NCBI GenBank assembly: GCA_030770535.1
Contig: JASVEC010000003.1
Span: 1,240,001 to 1,304,000, forward strand
Direction: 5' to 3'
Origin: Batkoa obscura
Taxonomy: Eukaryota
Length of the DNA: 64,000 nucleotides
Position 1 is the stretch's first letter. Every line of letters starts with the position of its first letter. A program made the position numbers and the translations under genes. The notes below the pieces were generated by a model, which made no database searches, was not told the DNA's origin, and saw only the letters and a program-made list of their open reading frames with translations. Shown piece after piece: positions 38,322 to 52,104 of the stretch.

Positions 38322-40226
38322 TTACTCAATAATACTATTAACAGTTATCAATAATGTTTCATCTATCAAATAATTGCCCAAATTCTCTTTAATAATGTTT
38401 GTTATTTTCTGAGGATCTATTCTTTCATCTTTTAACTTAGAATCGCAAGCAGTTTTCAAGAATCTTAATAATTTAAATACATAGCCTTTTGCTTCAATCA
38501 TAAATCTTTGCCCAAGCCCTTAACTTAAAAGCCATTCTTCTTCATTAATAAAAGACAAACAAACAAACACTACGTATATAAGAGAAGTATAATAGGAGGA
38601 TTTATCACTAATCCGAAACCCATCGTTGCTAGCAAACTCACATCCAGCACATGCATTCGCACCATGATTTTTACCATGAGTTTGTTGAATGTTGTTTTTT
38701 TCAATAATTAAAAAGAACTCCGTTATTGATTGAGCGGATCTATAAATAACCATAGCCTCATTGATAGGGGATTTTTTGGGTTTTGGGATAACTAGGACAG
38801 AGGGGTAATAAAGGTAGATCGTTACTAAATGAGCATAAGCGTTTAAGTGATATTTGAATACGTTGAATTTTTAATAATGTTGAATTGTTCCTTCACTTTC
38901 TACTCTTTTTAACTTTACCTTTTTCGCTGTTTCAAATAAGAATGAGTTGTACATTAACTGACCGGTTAAATTAGTCAATACAGTATTAAACTTTTCATTT
39001 GGTAACTGTAACTCAGAATGAGGTATTTCATGTAGCTTATTCAACCTTGAATATTCCAACTTAACCTTTTGAATATGTGATACAATCTGTGTGAATGACT
39101 CGGTGACTATTTTATCGCTATATATCTTTTCAAGCTTACTATTTGAAAAAACGCCTTTCATTTCAAGCCCAGGCGATGAATAAGTACCATTCGCCTGTAT
39201 ACTATCGGCAAAAGTTTTGGGTAAAGCGATTTCTGTTGGTTCAAATTTGATATTAAGGCTTGGCAAATTTGGAAATATAGTCAAAATAAAATAATAAACC
39301 AATGGTAGTGAGTCCCATAAATTCCTATTTCTTTCTCTCTTACATATATCTATTATATCTTTCATCTCTCCCTCCTTTTTATATTTCAAGCCGTTCTTAT
39401 CTTCCTCAACCATCTCTTCGACATTCCTGCCATACCCCAACATCTGCCCTATTCTTATGGCTGAACCGAAATATCTTATAGCTGTTAATGAGTCCGATCT
39501 ATGAGCTGAAATAAAATATATAAATAACATACCAACTACATTTTTAAAGGATGGGTTAGTATACACTTCCATCAAACCTTCTTTTGCTTTTCTTGAGTTA
39601 ACTTTATAAATCTGTTGTGTCAATGAAGCATTATCCGAGCCTGTGAAGTAGGCTAATAAATCTAGAAATGCATGAGAAGACATATCAGGGGACTTGTTAA
39701 TTAATAAAGCGTTGATTTCGCCGAGGGTAAACCATATATGATGTAAGTCAATATAGCTTAAATAAATAGTGATACTACTTTGTAAAAAAGTGCCATATTC
39801 TGTAGTTGGTTGTTTTAGTGAGGTTATAGGATTGATAACGTAGGTAAAGTGGGCATTATTGTTGATATTCTCTAACTCAAGCTTATATGAGTGTGTCAAT
39901 AGCTTAATGTAATTATAGTCTTTATATACTGATAAAGTATCATATTTTAGTTGAACTAATGTGTCGACACATCAAACTAAATACTCTGATCAATATTTAG
40001 TATTTGTTTTTAATTTTTTAAAGCCTTATCTACTGTGGTATACTGTCAAATGAATTAGGCTCGAGCTTTTTAAACGTTGTAAGCGTACAGTCATCATTTT
40101 TATACTACGTTCTAAAGCGCCTATACGGCACCGCTTTTTATCCATCTCACTGTGTACTTTTTCTGTGAATAGTCAATTATGCTGATTAGTGATACTGCTG
40201 AGTTTACTTTTTGATGGTGAGCTCAT
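38322..40226 (-). pseudogene. MHR-domain paralog 4, pseudogene
   Basis: Family exon structure with premature stops at ~39972 (TGG->TGA), 38871 and 38520. Confidence 0.8.
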
Positions 40227-40354
40227 GATGAAGTTGGATTTTAAATAAATTAAAATGAGATGTTAAAATTTTTTAGGTTTATTTTTTAAGATGCATTATC
40301 AATTCATGCAATTTAAAAAGACGCCTATTAAACCTGATAAAAATCTGAGAATAT

Positions 40355-40448
40355 GGGAATATATTTTTGTTAAAGAACTTAACTAACAATCTTTCCACTC
40401 AAATAGCGCTTAAAAATGAAAAAAGTGATGAAGCCAAAAAACACCCCC
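40355..40448 (+). mobile_element. MITE in the paralog 4 promoter
   Basis: ATAT TSD. Confidence 0.85.
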
Positions 40449-41024
40449 ATATCTTATTTATTTCATTGTTTTTACTTTGCAACATAAAATCAAAAAAAAA
40501 CCTTTATCTAATATCAAAGACAACGCCTATATCGTGATATTAGGTAGAAATTCTTTACAAAAAACTAAAGAAAAAGTCCTTTTAAAAAATCCTATTAGCC
40601 CGTTTACTTATTTGGACGAACTTCTGCCCGTCCAAAACCTTGAGAGCCACCTAAGTTTTAGACAGGTACAGGTCGTCCATATATTAATTAAATTAATTAT
40701 TTTTAATTATTATAATTTTTTAAAAATTAGACCAAGAAATTTAGCATACACAGTTAGAGGTGTAACAGCTATCTAAAAAAACAAAATTGATTCAATGCTA
40801 TTACAAAAATTAGCCAATAAAGACAAAATTAAACCGATCAAATAATTGACTTTATGAAGTAAAATGTGAAATTAATTCATAATGAAAGAGGTGTTAATTC
40901 AACTTATTTTTATTATAATTAACTATAATTTGATTTGATTTGATTTGATTTTCAAAAATACTTTACTTTAATTTGATGTTTTTCTATTACATAAATAAAC
41001 TATTGAAATATATCAATCTCCCAT

Positions 41025-42939
41025 TTATCCAATAACATTATTGATAGATATCAAAAACATTTTATCCATCACGTAATTATTCAAATTAATTTTAATAAAC
41101 TCAATTGTACTCTCTGAATCACACCTTTCACTATTTAATTTAGAATTACAGCTAGTCTTCAATAATCTCAACAATTTGAGTACATAACCTTTAGCTTCAA
41201 CAATAATTTTTTTACCAATTCCTTGATTTATCAACCATTCTTCTTCACTAATAAAAGATAAACAAACATAAATTATATACATAATAGAATTGTAATAAGG
41301 TCCATCATATTTAAGATGAAACCCAGCGTTGGTAGCCATAGCACATCTAGCACAAGCAAAAGCACCACGATTTTTTCCATGTGTTTGTTGAATGTTATAT
41401 CGTTTCATTATTAAAAAAAATTCTGCTAATGATTCGACCGATTTGTATAAGATCATAGCCTCATTAATAAGGAATTTTTTGGGTTTTGGGATAACTAGGA
41501 CAGAGGGGTAATAAAGGTAGATCGTTACTAAATGAGCATAAGCGTTTAAGTGATATTTGAATACGTTAGATTGGTAATATTTTTGTATTCTTTTCATGTT
41601 TCCCACTTGATCGTCTGACCTCATTTTTCTCACTGTGCTAAATATGGATTTACTATACATCAATTGAGAAGTTAAATTGGTCAATACAGTATTAAACTTT
41701 CCATTTGGTAACTGTAACTCAGAATGAGGTATTTCATGTAGCTTATTCAACCTTGAATATTCCAACTTAACCTTTTGAATATGTGATACAATCTGTGTGA
41801 ATGACTCGGTGACTATTTTATCGCTATATATGTTTTCAAACTTATTATCTGAAAAAATGCTGTTTATCTTCAAATCAGTTGACGAATAGGAACTATTTGA
41901 TTGTATACTATTTTTGGCACTTTCTAATAAGTTGATTTCTACTGGTTTAAAGTTAACACTAAGACTTGGCATATTTGGAAACATCGTTAAAGATATATAA
42001 TAAAACAGCGATAATGAATCCCATAACTTTACAGCCCTTTTTCTTTCATTCAATTCAGTTTCAGCCTTTTTTACTTCTTTACCATACCAAAGCTTACTTT
42101 TATCTTCCTCAACCATCTCTTTTTCACTCTTATCATATCCCAGCAACTGTGCCATTCTTATAACTGAACTGAAATATCGTGTGTATGATACTAAATCTGA
42201 TTTATAAGCTGAAATAGATGCTAAAAAAAGCAAACCAACTACATTTTTAAAGGATGGATTTGCATATGCTTCCGTCAAGCATCCTTTTGCTTTTTTAAAG
42301 TTAATTTTGTAAACTTGCTTTGTAAGCGTACCATTATTCAAACCTGTAAAATAGGCCAGCAAAGCTAGGAAAGCATGAGAAGACATGTCAGGTTCAGTGT
42401 TGATTAATAGAGCATTGACTTCACTGGGGGTAAACCACATTTGATATATATCAATATATTTTAAATATATAGTAATACCAGTTTGTAAAAAAGTATCATA
42501 TCCTGTAGTTGGTTGTTTTAACAATGTAGTTGGCTTGATGTAATAGGTGACGACTTCTTGATCGTTGATACTTGTTAGTTCATGCTTATAAGCGTCTATT
42601 AGTAGCTCAATATAATCGTAGTCTTCGTAAACAGATGTTTTGTCGCGCTTTAACTGATTTAATATTTTGATACACCAAGCTAGATATTCTAATTAGTAGT
42701 TAGTAAGTTTTTTGTATATTTTTTATAAAGGTGTTTATTTACTGTGATAGAATGACAGCTGTGGTAAATTCAAGGCGCCTGGTTGTTGCAAGCTAGTTAT
42801 TGCCCTCTTTGTATTATATTCTAATTTGTCCACGCGACGCCGCCTCCGGTCCATTTCGCTACGTAATTGTGCTAGTTAAGAGGATTAATATACGTCAATT
42901 AAAGAGATAGTTGGGCCTACTTTTTGATGGTGAGCTCAT
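41025..42939 (-). CDS. MHR-domain protein lacking Zn2Cys6, paralog 5
   Basis: MSSPSK / TQLRSEMDRRRRRVDKLE / KYLAWCIKIL exons are in frame with ORF 41025-42524. Confidence 0.75.
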
Positions 42940-43067
42940 GATGAAGTTGGATTTTAAATAAATTAAAATGAGATGTTAAAATTTTTTAGGTTTATTTTTT
43001 AAGATGCATTATCAATTCATGCAATTTAAAAAGACGCCTATTAAACCTGATAAAAATCTGAGAATAT

Positions 43068-43160
43068 GGGAATATATTTTTGTTAAAGAACTTAACTAAC
43101 AATCTTTCCACTCAAATAGCGCTTAAAAATGAAAAAAGTGATGAAACCAAAAACACCCCC
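43068..43160 (+). mobile_element. MITE in the paralog 5 promoter
   Basis: Same left junction as the 40355 copy. Confidence 0.85.
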
Positions 43161-44102
43161 ACAATTTGATTTTAATTTTTTCAGTTTTTCATAATTATAA
43201 ATTAAAGAATATTGGCAATTTGAAATAAAACAGTCACACATACTTTAGATAAAATGTACTCACATACTACTAGCGACTCATAACAAAAAGTTTATAAAGT
43301 ATAATCCATTATATTAAATAAAACATTAACATGCCAATTTCGAGTTAGCAATGCCTCTCTGAAAATTCAAAATTCATGAGCTTTGCTCTATTGCATTTGA
43401 CCAGATTACATAAACTACTTGCCCATTTGAGCTTGCATTCTATCATAATTAAATTGAAACACTTTTTAAATGACTAAAGTTGCGGCTGTTAAAGCTCTTT
43501 TTATGACTTTTTGCGGTAATTTTTATATAAAATTATTTGTATACCCAATTTATGTATAGTCAAACCCTATTTTTAGATTTAATATGTCATGTTTTTTTCT
43601 CTTAAATGAGCAGTCCCTTAGGTCTAAAGAACTACAGCTGCTGCAACAGCTGTAATGTTTTATTTTTTTTTAAAATTTAATTAATTTCTGTTTACTTAGC
43701 TATTGCTACTAGATTTCGTTTACAGTGACCATTATTTTTTAATAATTAGATTCCACTTTGTATTGCTAATTTTTTGCTACTTCGTGTTCTAGATTAATTC
43801 ATCAATACTATTATCTTTTTCTCAACTCTTGATCAGTTGTTGCATTAATTTCTATTATAATTTAACATACTCATTTTATTTTATTATACCAGTACTTATA
43901 TTAAATTATATTTTTATATACAAGTACTAGTGATAAACATTAAAGAGGCAGCATTTTACTTTAGCGATATGGTTAGTCTTGGTTTCTAATTAAGATAAAT
44001 GTTGTATTTTTTTCTTTGGACGAATATCTAATAATAAATGTCTACATTTAAGAAAAGTCTCTCCAACTAAAAATATTACTTTTGAAAAGTCCTCTTTCAT
44101 AT

Positions 44103-44200
44103 AGGGATGTATTTTTTGTTTAAGAATTTTACTAATAATTTTTCTGCTCAAATAGTGCTTAAAAACTGGAAAAAGTAATGAAACCAAAAAGAACATCCTC
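44103..44200 (+). mobile_element. MITE
   Basis: Family consensus, ATAT flanks. Confidence 0.8.
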
Positions 44201-44642
44201 ATATATTTATTAGCAAGAACTTCGAAACCTGTTATGCTCATTTGAGATCTATTTGTTAAGAGACATACAAAATCTGAATGACTTCTACTTCTTATTGAAA
44301 GCGAATATAACTAAAGGAGTGGATTTATCAATTTAATATTGTAATTAAACTCCTTGAATTAAAAAAAATCAAATAAGCTATAAGGAAATAAAAGCTAAGT
44401 TTATATGATGACTACTTATTGATCTTTTCTAGTTATTTGATTACTAGTATAGAGGCGGTCTTTAGCCTGTTTTTATTATAAGTATTAAGATATTTTATTT
44501 AATCATGCTAGGTATCAAAATACAATAAGTTCTTTTGAAACGATATGAGAATGTAGTTTTCCACTCTTTATTTGACTAACCTATGAACTTTTTATACAAA
44601 TTCAGCAATTGAAATACTTAGACAAAAAGTACATTGAAATAT

Positions 44643-44742
44643 GGGGATGTATTTTTTTGTTCAAGAATTTTACTAACAATCTTTCTGCTCAAATAGCGCT
44701 TAAAAAATGGAAAAAATAATGAAGCTAAAAAAAAACACCCCC
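44643..44742 (+). mobile_element. MITE
   Basis: Family consensus, ATAT TSD. Confidence 0.85.
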
Positions 44743-45813
44743 ATATAAGCTGAGAGATACTAAGCTACTCGCTACTAAATTGTACCTTTTAAGTTAGAAA
44801 CTCTCCCCTGTTAATAGTTCGGTAGCTAAGTTTAATTTATGATGATTGAAGTATGCTAACTCGATTTCAAAGTATTAAGTTACATTAAAAATAACTAAAA
44901 TAAGTATATTATAAAATAAAAATCCATAATAATTGAATTTGATTATTTAATTTGGCTTTTTATTTATAAATCAATCTGTCATAATAATAGTGCTTTATTT
45001 TTACAAAATGATAATTTTCAGGGGTTCGAAGGAGCAATTCGAGATAGTTAAATGTACTTATTGAAGCTTGAGCGATGAAATGAATGTGTTAACTGGGTTT
45101 AAAAAAGGAACTTGCAGTGAGATTTTTCAAAGTACGGTAGAGGAATTTTATAGTTGTCTTATAGGAAGTAGAAATAACAAGATATATTTAATTTATAATT
45201 AATGTAATAAAAAAGAGTACAAAATTTTAAGTGTAAGCTTTCTAACTTAGACAAGTAGCTTTATTGAGAATAAAACAATACACTTAGCTGCATTAGTCTC
45301 ATAAGAAAAGCGTTGTGGTCTTGGTGAACAGTTGCTAACCTATCGGCGCTGATACAAATATCTTGATATCGCTTTACACAAAACGTTTATTTCTCAGTTA
45401 TAAAAATAGTAATATACAAAGAAATAGATGCAATCGTCACAGAGATAGTATCTGAAACTGAAATATTATGATGAAAATTTTTCATAAACTAGAATCAAAA
45501 ATAATGTAATTTTTTTTTGTGTTGTAATTAATCTATTAGAATATTTATAAAAAATTAAAAAAACTAATAATCATAGAATCAGCTTTATTTAGTGTTGTAT
45601 AAGCTAACATAAAAACAAAAATATTTAAACAATTTTTAAAGTATTTATACTTATAATAATTATATAGTTCAAAATGTTTTATCAAAAATCCAAATTAATG
45701 CTATTTTCAAGTATACTAAATATATTTTTTAAGTTTAACTTCCAAGAATAACCCTCTTTAACTTAATACTTATTTAAAAGTATATATATACCATTCAATA
45801 CATTAACCGCTAT

Positions 45814-47624
45814 TCATGTAATAATGTTTTTAATAGACATCAGCATCATTTCATCTACTTCAAAATTATTCAAATTCTCTTTGATAGATTTGATTGTACT
45901 CCCTGAATCTAACTTTTCACTTTTCAATTTTGAGTCACAGGCAGTTCTTAATAACCTCAACAATTTCAATACATAACCTTTAGCCTCAATAATAAACTTT
46001 TGTCCAAGTCCTTGACTTAGGAGCCAGTTTTCCTCGCTAATAAAAGCCAAATAAACATAAATTATATACATGAGCGGAGTATAATAAGGTGTATCATAAT
46101 TTATCCGAAACCCATCGTTGCTAGCAAACTCACACCTAGAACAAGCAAAAGCACCACGGTTCCTACCATGAGTTTGTTGGATATTATTTCGTTCCATTAT
46201 TAAAAAGAATTCTGCTACTGATTGAGCAGATTTGTATAAAACCATAGCTTCATTAATATAAAACTTTTTGGGTTTTGGAAACACTAGCACAGAAGGGTAA
46301 TAGAGATAGATTAATATTAAGTTAGAAAAGGCATTTAAATGATATTCAAATGCATTAGATTCATAGTATTGTTGAATTGTTTTCATATCTTTTACTTGTT
46401 GATTTAGCTCGATTTTTTTTGTTATTTCAAATAAGGATGGATTACTTATCAATTGACTCGTTAAATTCATTAATACAATATTAAATTTTTCTTTGGGTAA
46501 TTGTAATTCAAGATGAGGTATTTCATAAACTTTGTCCAGCCTTGAATAATTTAGTTTGACATTTTGAATATGTGCTGTTATTTCAGCAAACAACTCAGCT
46601 GCTATTTTTTCATTGTATACTTTTTCGAATTCGTTGTTTAAAAAAACACTGGTTATTTCCAAACTGGTTGATAGATAAGAGATATTCACTTCTAAACAAT
46701 CTTGAACGTTTTTTGATAAATCGATTTCCACTGGTTTAAAGCTAACGTTAAGCCTTGGCATATTTGGAAACACCGACAAAATAGTATAATAAACCAACGA
46801 TAGCGAATTCCATAACTCTATACCCCTTTTCCTTTTTTCCAACTCTACCTTAATCTCCTCCACTCCTTTATCATATTCTAATTTCCTTTTATCTTCCTCA
46901 AGCATCTCCTTTACACTCTTATCGTACCCTAATAACTGTGCCATGCTTATAGCTGAGCTAAAGTATCGTAAGCTTGCTATTGGGTCCGCTCCATGCTCTG
47001 AAATAAAGCACATGAATAATATGCCAATCACATTATTAAACGATGGATTAGCATATGCTTCCACCAAGCATTCCTTTGCTTTTTTGAAATTAATTTTATA
47101 AATTTGATGTGCTAACATATTATTTTTTGAACGCGAAAAATAAATCAACAAAACTAGTATAGCATGGGAAGACAAATTAAGTTCAGCGTTGGTTAATAAG
47201 GCATTGAATTCTTTGCGAGTATACCACATTTGATACAAGTCAATATATTTTAAATAAATTTTTGAACCAGCTTGTAAAAAGGCTCCATAACCTGTGGTCG
47301 GTTGCTTTAATAAGGTGACTGGATTGATAACGTATGCGATATTTTCATTATTGTTTATATTTATTAGTTCACGTTTGTAAGTATGCATCAATAGCTCAAC
47401 ATAATTATAGTCTCCATAAAGAGAAAAAGCGTCACACTTTAGCTGACCTAATATTTCTGTGCACCAGGCTAAATAGCCTTAACTAAAATTAGTATTTATG
47501 TTTGATCTTTAAGAATGTTCGTTTACTATGATATGATGTCAACTGGCCTCCGATCAAGCTCCTTAGACGCTGTAAATGGGCTATTATGGACTTTATATTA
47601 TATTCTAAAGCATCCACACGATAG
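45814..47624 (-). CDS. MHR-domain paralog 6, 5'-truncated (may start at Met 47391 or be a pseudogene)
   Basis: Exon 3 is open; homology to paralog 7 stops in mid exon 2 at ~47624; no family exon 1 found. Confidence 0.6.
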
Positions 47625-47932
47625 TTCGAATGCGTGCTGGCAAATGATGAACTTTATAACCAACTATTTGTTCTATTATAGTGGTTTGAGGCTTATTGAT
47701 TTTATTTTAAAATGAACGGTTATCTAGTGCACATCCGAGCTTGAACAAGCTGCATCAGTTAGTTAATTTCTAAATTTGAAAAAATAGCAAAAAGGGACAA
47801 TAGGTAAAAAGTATTCCCATATACATTTAAAAATTAAGAAATATTAATTTGGGTATAGTATTATTATAGCTTGTATAAAGGATTGAATGAACATAAATTG
47901 CATAAATTATTTACAGATAAAGTTAAGTATAT

Positions 47933-48028
47933 GGAGATGTATTTTTGTGTTTAAGAATTTTACTAACACTTTTTCTGCTCAAATAGTGCTTAAAAGATGG
48001 AAAAAGTGAAGCCAAAAAAAACACACCC
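47933..48028 (+). mobile_element. MITE
   Basis: Family consensus, ATAT TSD. Confidence 0.8.
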
Positions 48029-48114
48029 ATATACTATTTTTGATTTTAAAAATTTTTAAATAAATATTCTTATATTTTTATTAAATCACTATTAATACAT
48101 TCATTTTCCCCTAT

Positions 48115-50026
48115 TTACCCAATAATACTATTGATAGATGTCAAAAAAATTTCATCCACCATATAATTGCCTAAATTCTTTTTAATAAATTGAATTGTGC
48201 TTGATGACTCTAATCTTTCACTTTTTGATTCAGAACTGAGAGCAGCTTTTAGTAGCCTCAACAATTTTAGCACATAACACTTTGCTTTAATAACAAACCT
48301 TCGTCCAAGCTTTTGAATCAATAACCAGTTTTCTTTGCTAATAAAAGCTAAATAAACATATACAACATGCATAATTGGGGTATAAAAAGGTCCTCCAAAA
48401 TTAAGATGAAACCCATTGATGCTAGCCAACTCAGATCTAGCACATGCAAAAGCTCCACAATTCCTACCATGGCTTTGTTGGATATTATTTTGCTTGATTA
48501 TTAAATAGAATTCTGCTATTGATTGCGCTGATTTATTTAAAAGCACAGCTTCATTGACAGTAAATCTTTTAGGTTTTGGGAACACCAGTACAGAGGGATA
48601 GTACAAGTAGATAAGTGTTAAATGAGCAAATGAATTTAAGTGGTAGTTAAATGTATTGGACTCATAATATTGTTGGATTACTTTTGCCTTTTTTGTTTGC
48701 TCCTTTGAATCTATTTTTTTCACTTTATCGTATAAAGATGGGCTGTAAATCAGTTGACTGGTTAAGTTAGTCAATATAGTACTAAATCTTTCTTTAGTTA
48801 ACTCCAGTTCATGTTGAGGTATTTCATCTACAGTATCCTTTCTTAAGTACTTTAGCTTTATTTTTTGAGTGTGAGCTATTATCTCAGTGGATGCCTCAGT
48901 CACTACTTTTTCACCATAAATCTTTTCGAATTCACTGCTTGAAAAAGCACTATCTATTTGCAATCCATTCGGTGAGGAAGTACCATTTGCTTGTAAACCG
49001 TTCTCAACACTTTTTGATAAATTAATTTCCATTGATTCAAAATTAACATTAAGGTTTGGCATATTTGGATATATTGACAAGTAAAAATAATAGATAAAGG
49101 ATAGTGATTCCCATAGCTTCATACCCCTTTCCCTTCTCCTCAACTCTATCTTAGTTTCCTCTGGTCTTTTACCATACCCTGAATTCATCCTATTTTCTTC
49201 AATCATCTCCTTCGCACTCCTATTATACCCCAAAGCCTGTGCCATCCTTATAACCGAGCTAAAATATTTTATAACAGATGCTGAATCTGAGATATGAACT
49301 GAAATAAAGCACATGAACAGCATACCAACCACATTACTAAAGGATGGATTGGCATATGCTCGTATCAGTCCTTCTTTTGCTTTTTTAAAATTAATTTCAT
49401 ATATTTGGTGTGCTAACGTGTTATTTTTTGAACGTGAAAAATAAGCTAATAAGGCCATAAATCCATGGGAAGGTAAATCTGGTGTATTACTGGTTAACAA
49501 AGTATTAACCTCTTTGTGAGTATACCATACCCGATGTAAATTGATGTACTTCAAATAGATAGTGACACCAGTTTCCAGAAAAGTGCCGCATCCAGTATCT
49601 GGTTGCTTTAATAAAATGGCAGGTTTGATAGCGTAGTCGAAGCTATCATTAACATCGATGTCTGCTAATTCTTGTTTGCATGCATACATCAATAGTTCGA
49701 TATAATCATAGTCTTCATAAAGAGAAAAAGCGTCATACTTTAGCTGACCTAATATTTTCATGCACCTGGTCAAATATTCTTAGATATTAGTTAGTATCTA
49801 TTTGTGTTTTTAAAAAGTACTAATTTACTGTGATATACTATCAATTGAGTTCCATTCAACCTTTTTAGACGTTGTAAACGGGCTATTATAGACTTTATAT
49901 TATATTCTAAAGCATCCACACGATAGCGTCTCTTATCCACCTCACTACGAGGTTTCCCTGTGTAATAAAAATTAGCTTATGTCAGTTAAAGAAATTGTCC
50001 TGTTTACTTTTTGATGGTGCATTCAT
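48115..50026 (-). CDS. MHR-domain protein lacking Zn2Cys6, paralog 7
   Basis: MNAPSK / RKPRSEVDKRRYRVDALE exons plus a long exon 3. Confidence 0.75.
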
Positions 50027-50409
50027 GATAAAGTGAAATTTAAATAAATTAAAATATTAGAGAGTTTTTTATAGATTTTAGTTTTGAAATGTATCCTTAC
50101 TTTTATGCAAGTTAGGAAATCTGATTTAAGCTTGTAAGAAAAGAAAGCATGATTTATGCGATGAAAGTTGGCGGCATTTTGCTATTAGAATAAAAAGGCT
50201 TACTTTTACATAGAAAAATCAATAATGCCTTTAAAATTAAAAGACTGAAAATTAGAATAGGGTATGAGCACTTTAATCTTAAGTCAAATAGTCAAGCATT
50301 ACTATTGATTAAAGCTTGAAAAACAAGCTGAAAAAAGCGATAAAATGTATTAAACTTTAAAAATTGTCTTACTTTAAAAGAATATTGATTTTTTTTTAAG
50401 TCAACATAT

Positions 50410-50509
50410 GGAGGTGTTTTTTTTGGTTTCATTATTTTTTCCATTTTTTTAAGCGCTATTTGAGTGGAAAGGTTGTTAGTAAAATTCTTAAACAAAAAAA
50501 TACATCCCC
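50410..50509 (-). mobile_element. MITE at the 3' end of the ATG22 pseudogene
   Basis: Reverse consensus, ATAT TSD. Confidence 0.85.
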
Positions 50510-52104
50510 ATATACCCTTGCTTCATATCCACAAACAGCAAAACAAAAACACCAACCAAATTAGAAGCTAGAACAAAAAAAACTCCCATTCTAATAAAAC
50601 CTGTTGAGTTAGTAATAGCCCCAACAACTAAAGGTCTAATATAAGAGCCTCCCTCCCCAACAATTTGAAATACAAAAAAATACCGAAAAAAATTCACTTT
50701 CTTTATTCCTTGATATCAATTCGGCGTATAGCATTCTATAACATAATTGTAAAGGGCCAATTAAGAAACCATAATATACAATAAAAATGTACATTCCAAG
50801 TTTAGATTTAACACCAGAACTTAGTTCAGGAGATAGATCAATCAAGATATAGACACAGGCTAATATTAACAGGAGGCTAGCTTTAAATAGGATTAATTTT
50901 GTGCTTAACTGGAATTTATTCATCAATAACTTAAAGAATAAATAACCGATTCAGGCGGAAACAGGCACAATAATAGCTGTCAGTGACAATTCAATCAATT
51001 TGAATTTCGACTTTTTTTTTAGCTAATAAAACGCCAATAGAAAAAGAGGTATTGAAAGCATCCACCATAACAAATCAAGAAATAAGGATAAGAACCAGTT
51101 GTTTTAATTTCTTAATATTAAAAAATGTTTTAAAGTTTTGTTTTTATATGTAGACAATTAAGTCATTATCACTGAACATTTCCTTTTCGTTTTTGTTTTT
51201 GATTCATATAAGGGGCAAAATATTAAATCTCAACGTTCATAAGCCTGAAAAGGCTGATACTATTTGCATCGGATAAGTAGCTGAATTTACAATATATTGA
51301 CTGTAATCCTATATTATAGTAGATAGTACAAGGTGTATAAACCCATATATATAGCCCTAGGTCATACTTAATAAGAAGATTTTGTTATTGACTTTTTCTT
51401 TAATCAGAATGTATTCTCCATAATCTTCAATAATGACATTATCTTGATCATGGAAAATAGAGGGATCATTGCTATGGATACTACTTATATTAAGATTGAC
51501 CCCTCTTTTGTACATTAATCTTTTCATTTTCTCATCACTATAGACTAATACAGGTGTATATGAATTGTAATAAACATGAGATGCACCAAAAGCCAAATTA
51601 GAGATAACTATTAAAAGAGTGACATATACCAAATACTTAAAATCTATAATAACTAACAACAAAGCAATACAAACAGTAGATAAATAGAAAAGGAAAATAC
51701 TAAAACTTTACGTAAATTCAAATAATCTCCTAGGAGTCCAATGGATACAAAAAAGAATGCTTGTAAATCAAAAGTGAGTGCAGTTGTAAATAGAGTGTAG
51801 CTACTTGTGTCCAACTAGATGCTACCTATGTTTACTTACATTGATAATCTTTTACTTTAAAACTATATGGAGGGGTTAAGTCTTCTTCATGTCCTGATCC
51901 GGCTGCTAAATCTTCTAGAATGATTGTTCTATATAACCCTACGACATAAAGAAGAAAAAGTTCATTCTAAATACTATGGTTAATATAAATTTAAAGGTTA
52001 AAAATAAAAAATACCCCAAAGAAGAATAAATAAAAACCCTATAGCTCTTTTTAAGCTTCAGTTGACCTGCCAATGAATTTGAATTTATTAAAACCTGACA
52101 ACAT
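50510..52104 (-). pseudogene. ATG22: Atg22-like MFS vacuolar efflux transporter pseudogene
   Basis: Fragments SNLAFGASHVYYNSYTPVLV, RMLYAELISRNKESEFF and GGSYIRPLVVGAITNSTGFIRMG; multiple stops and frameshifts. Confidence 0.75.

Noticed and set aside
7969..50495. Short ORFs over repeats (7969, 12209, 12217, 13392, 14655, 43990, 50292) and antisense ORFs inside genes
   Set aside because: They are chance frames across MITE or TGTGAAA elements, or shadows of real CDSs.
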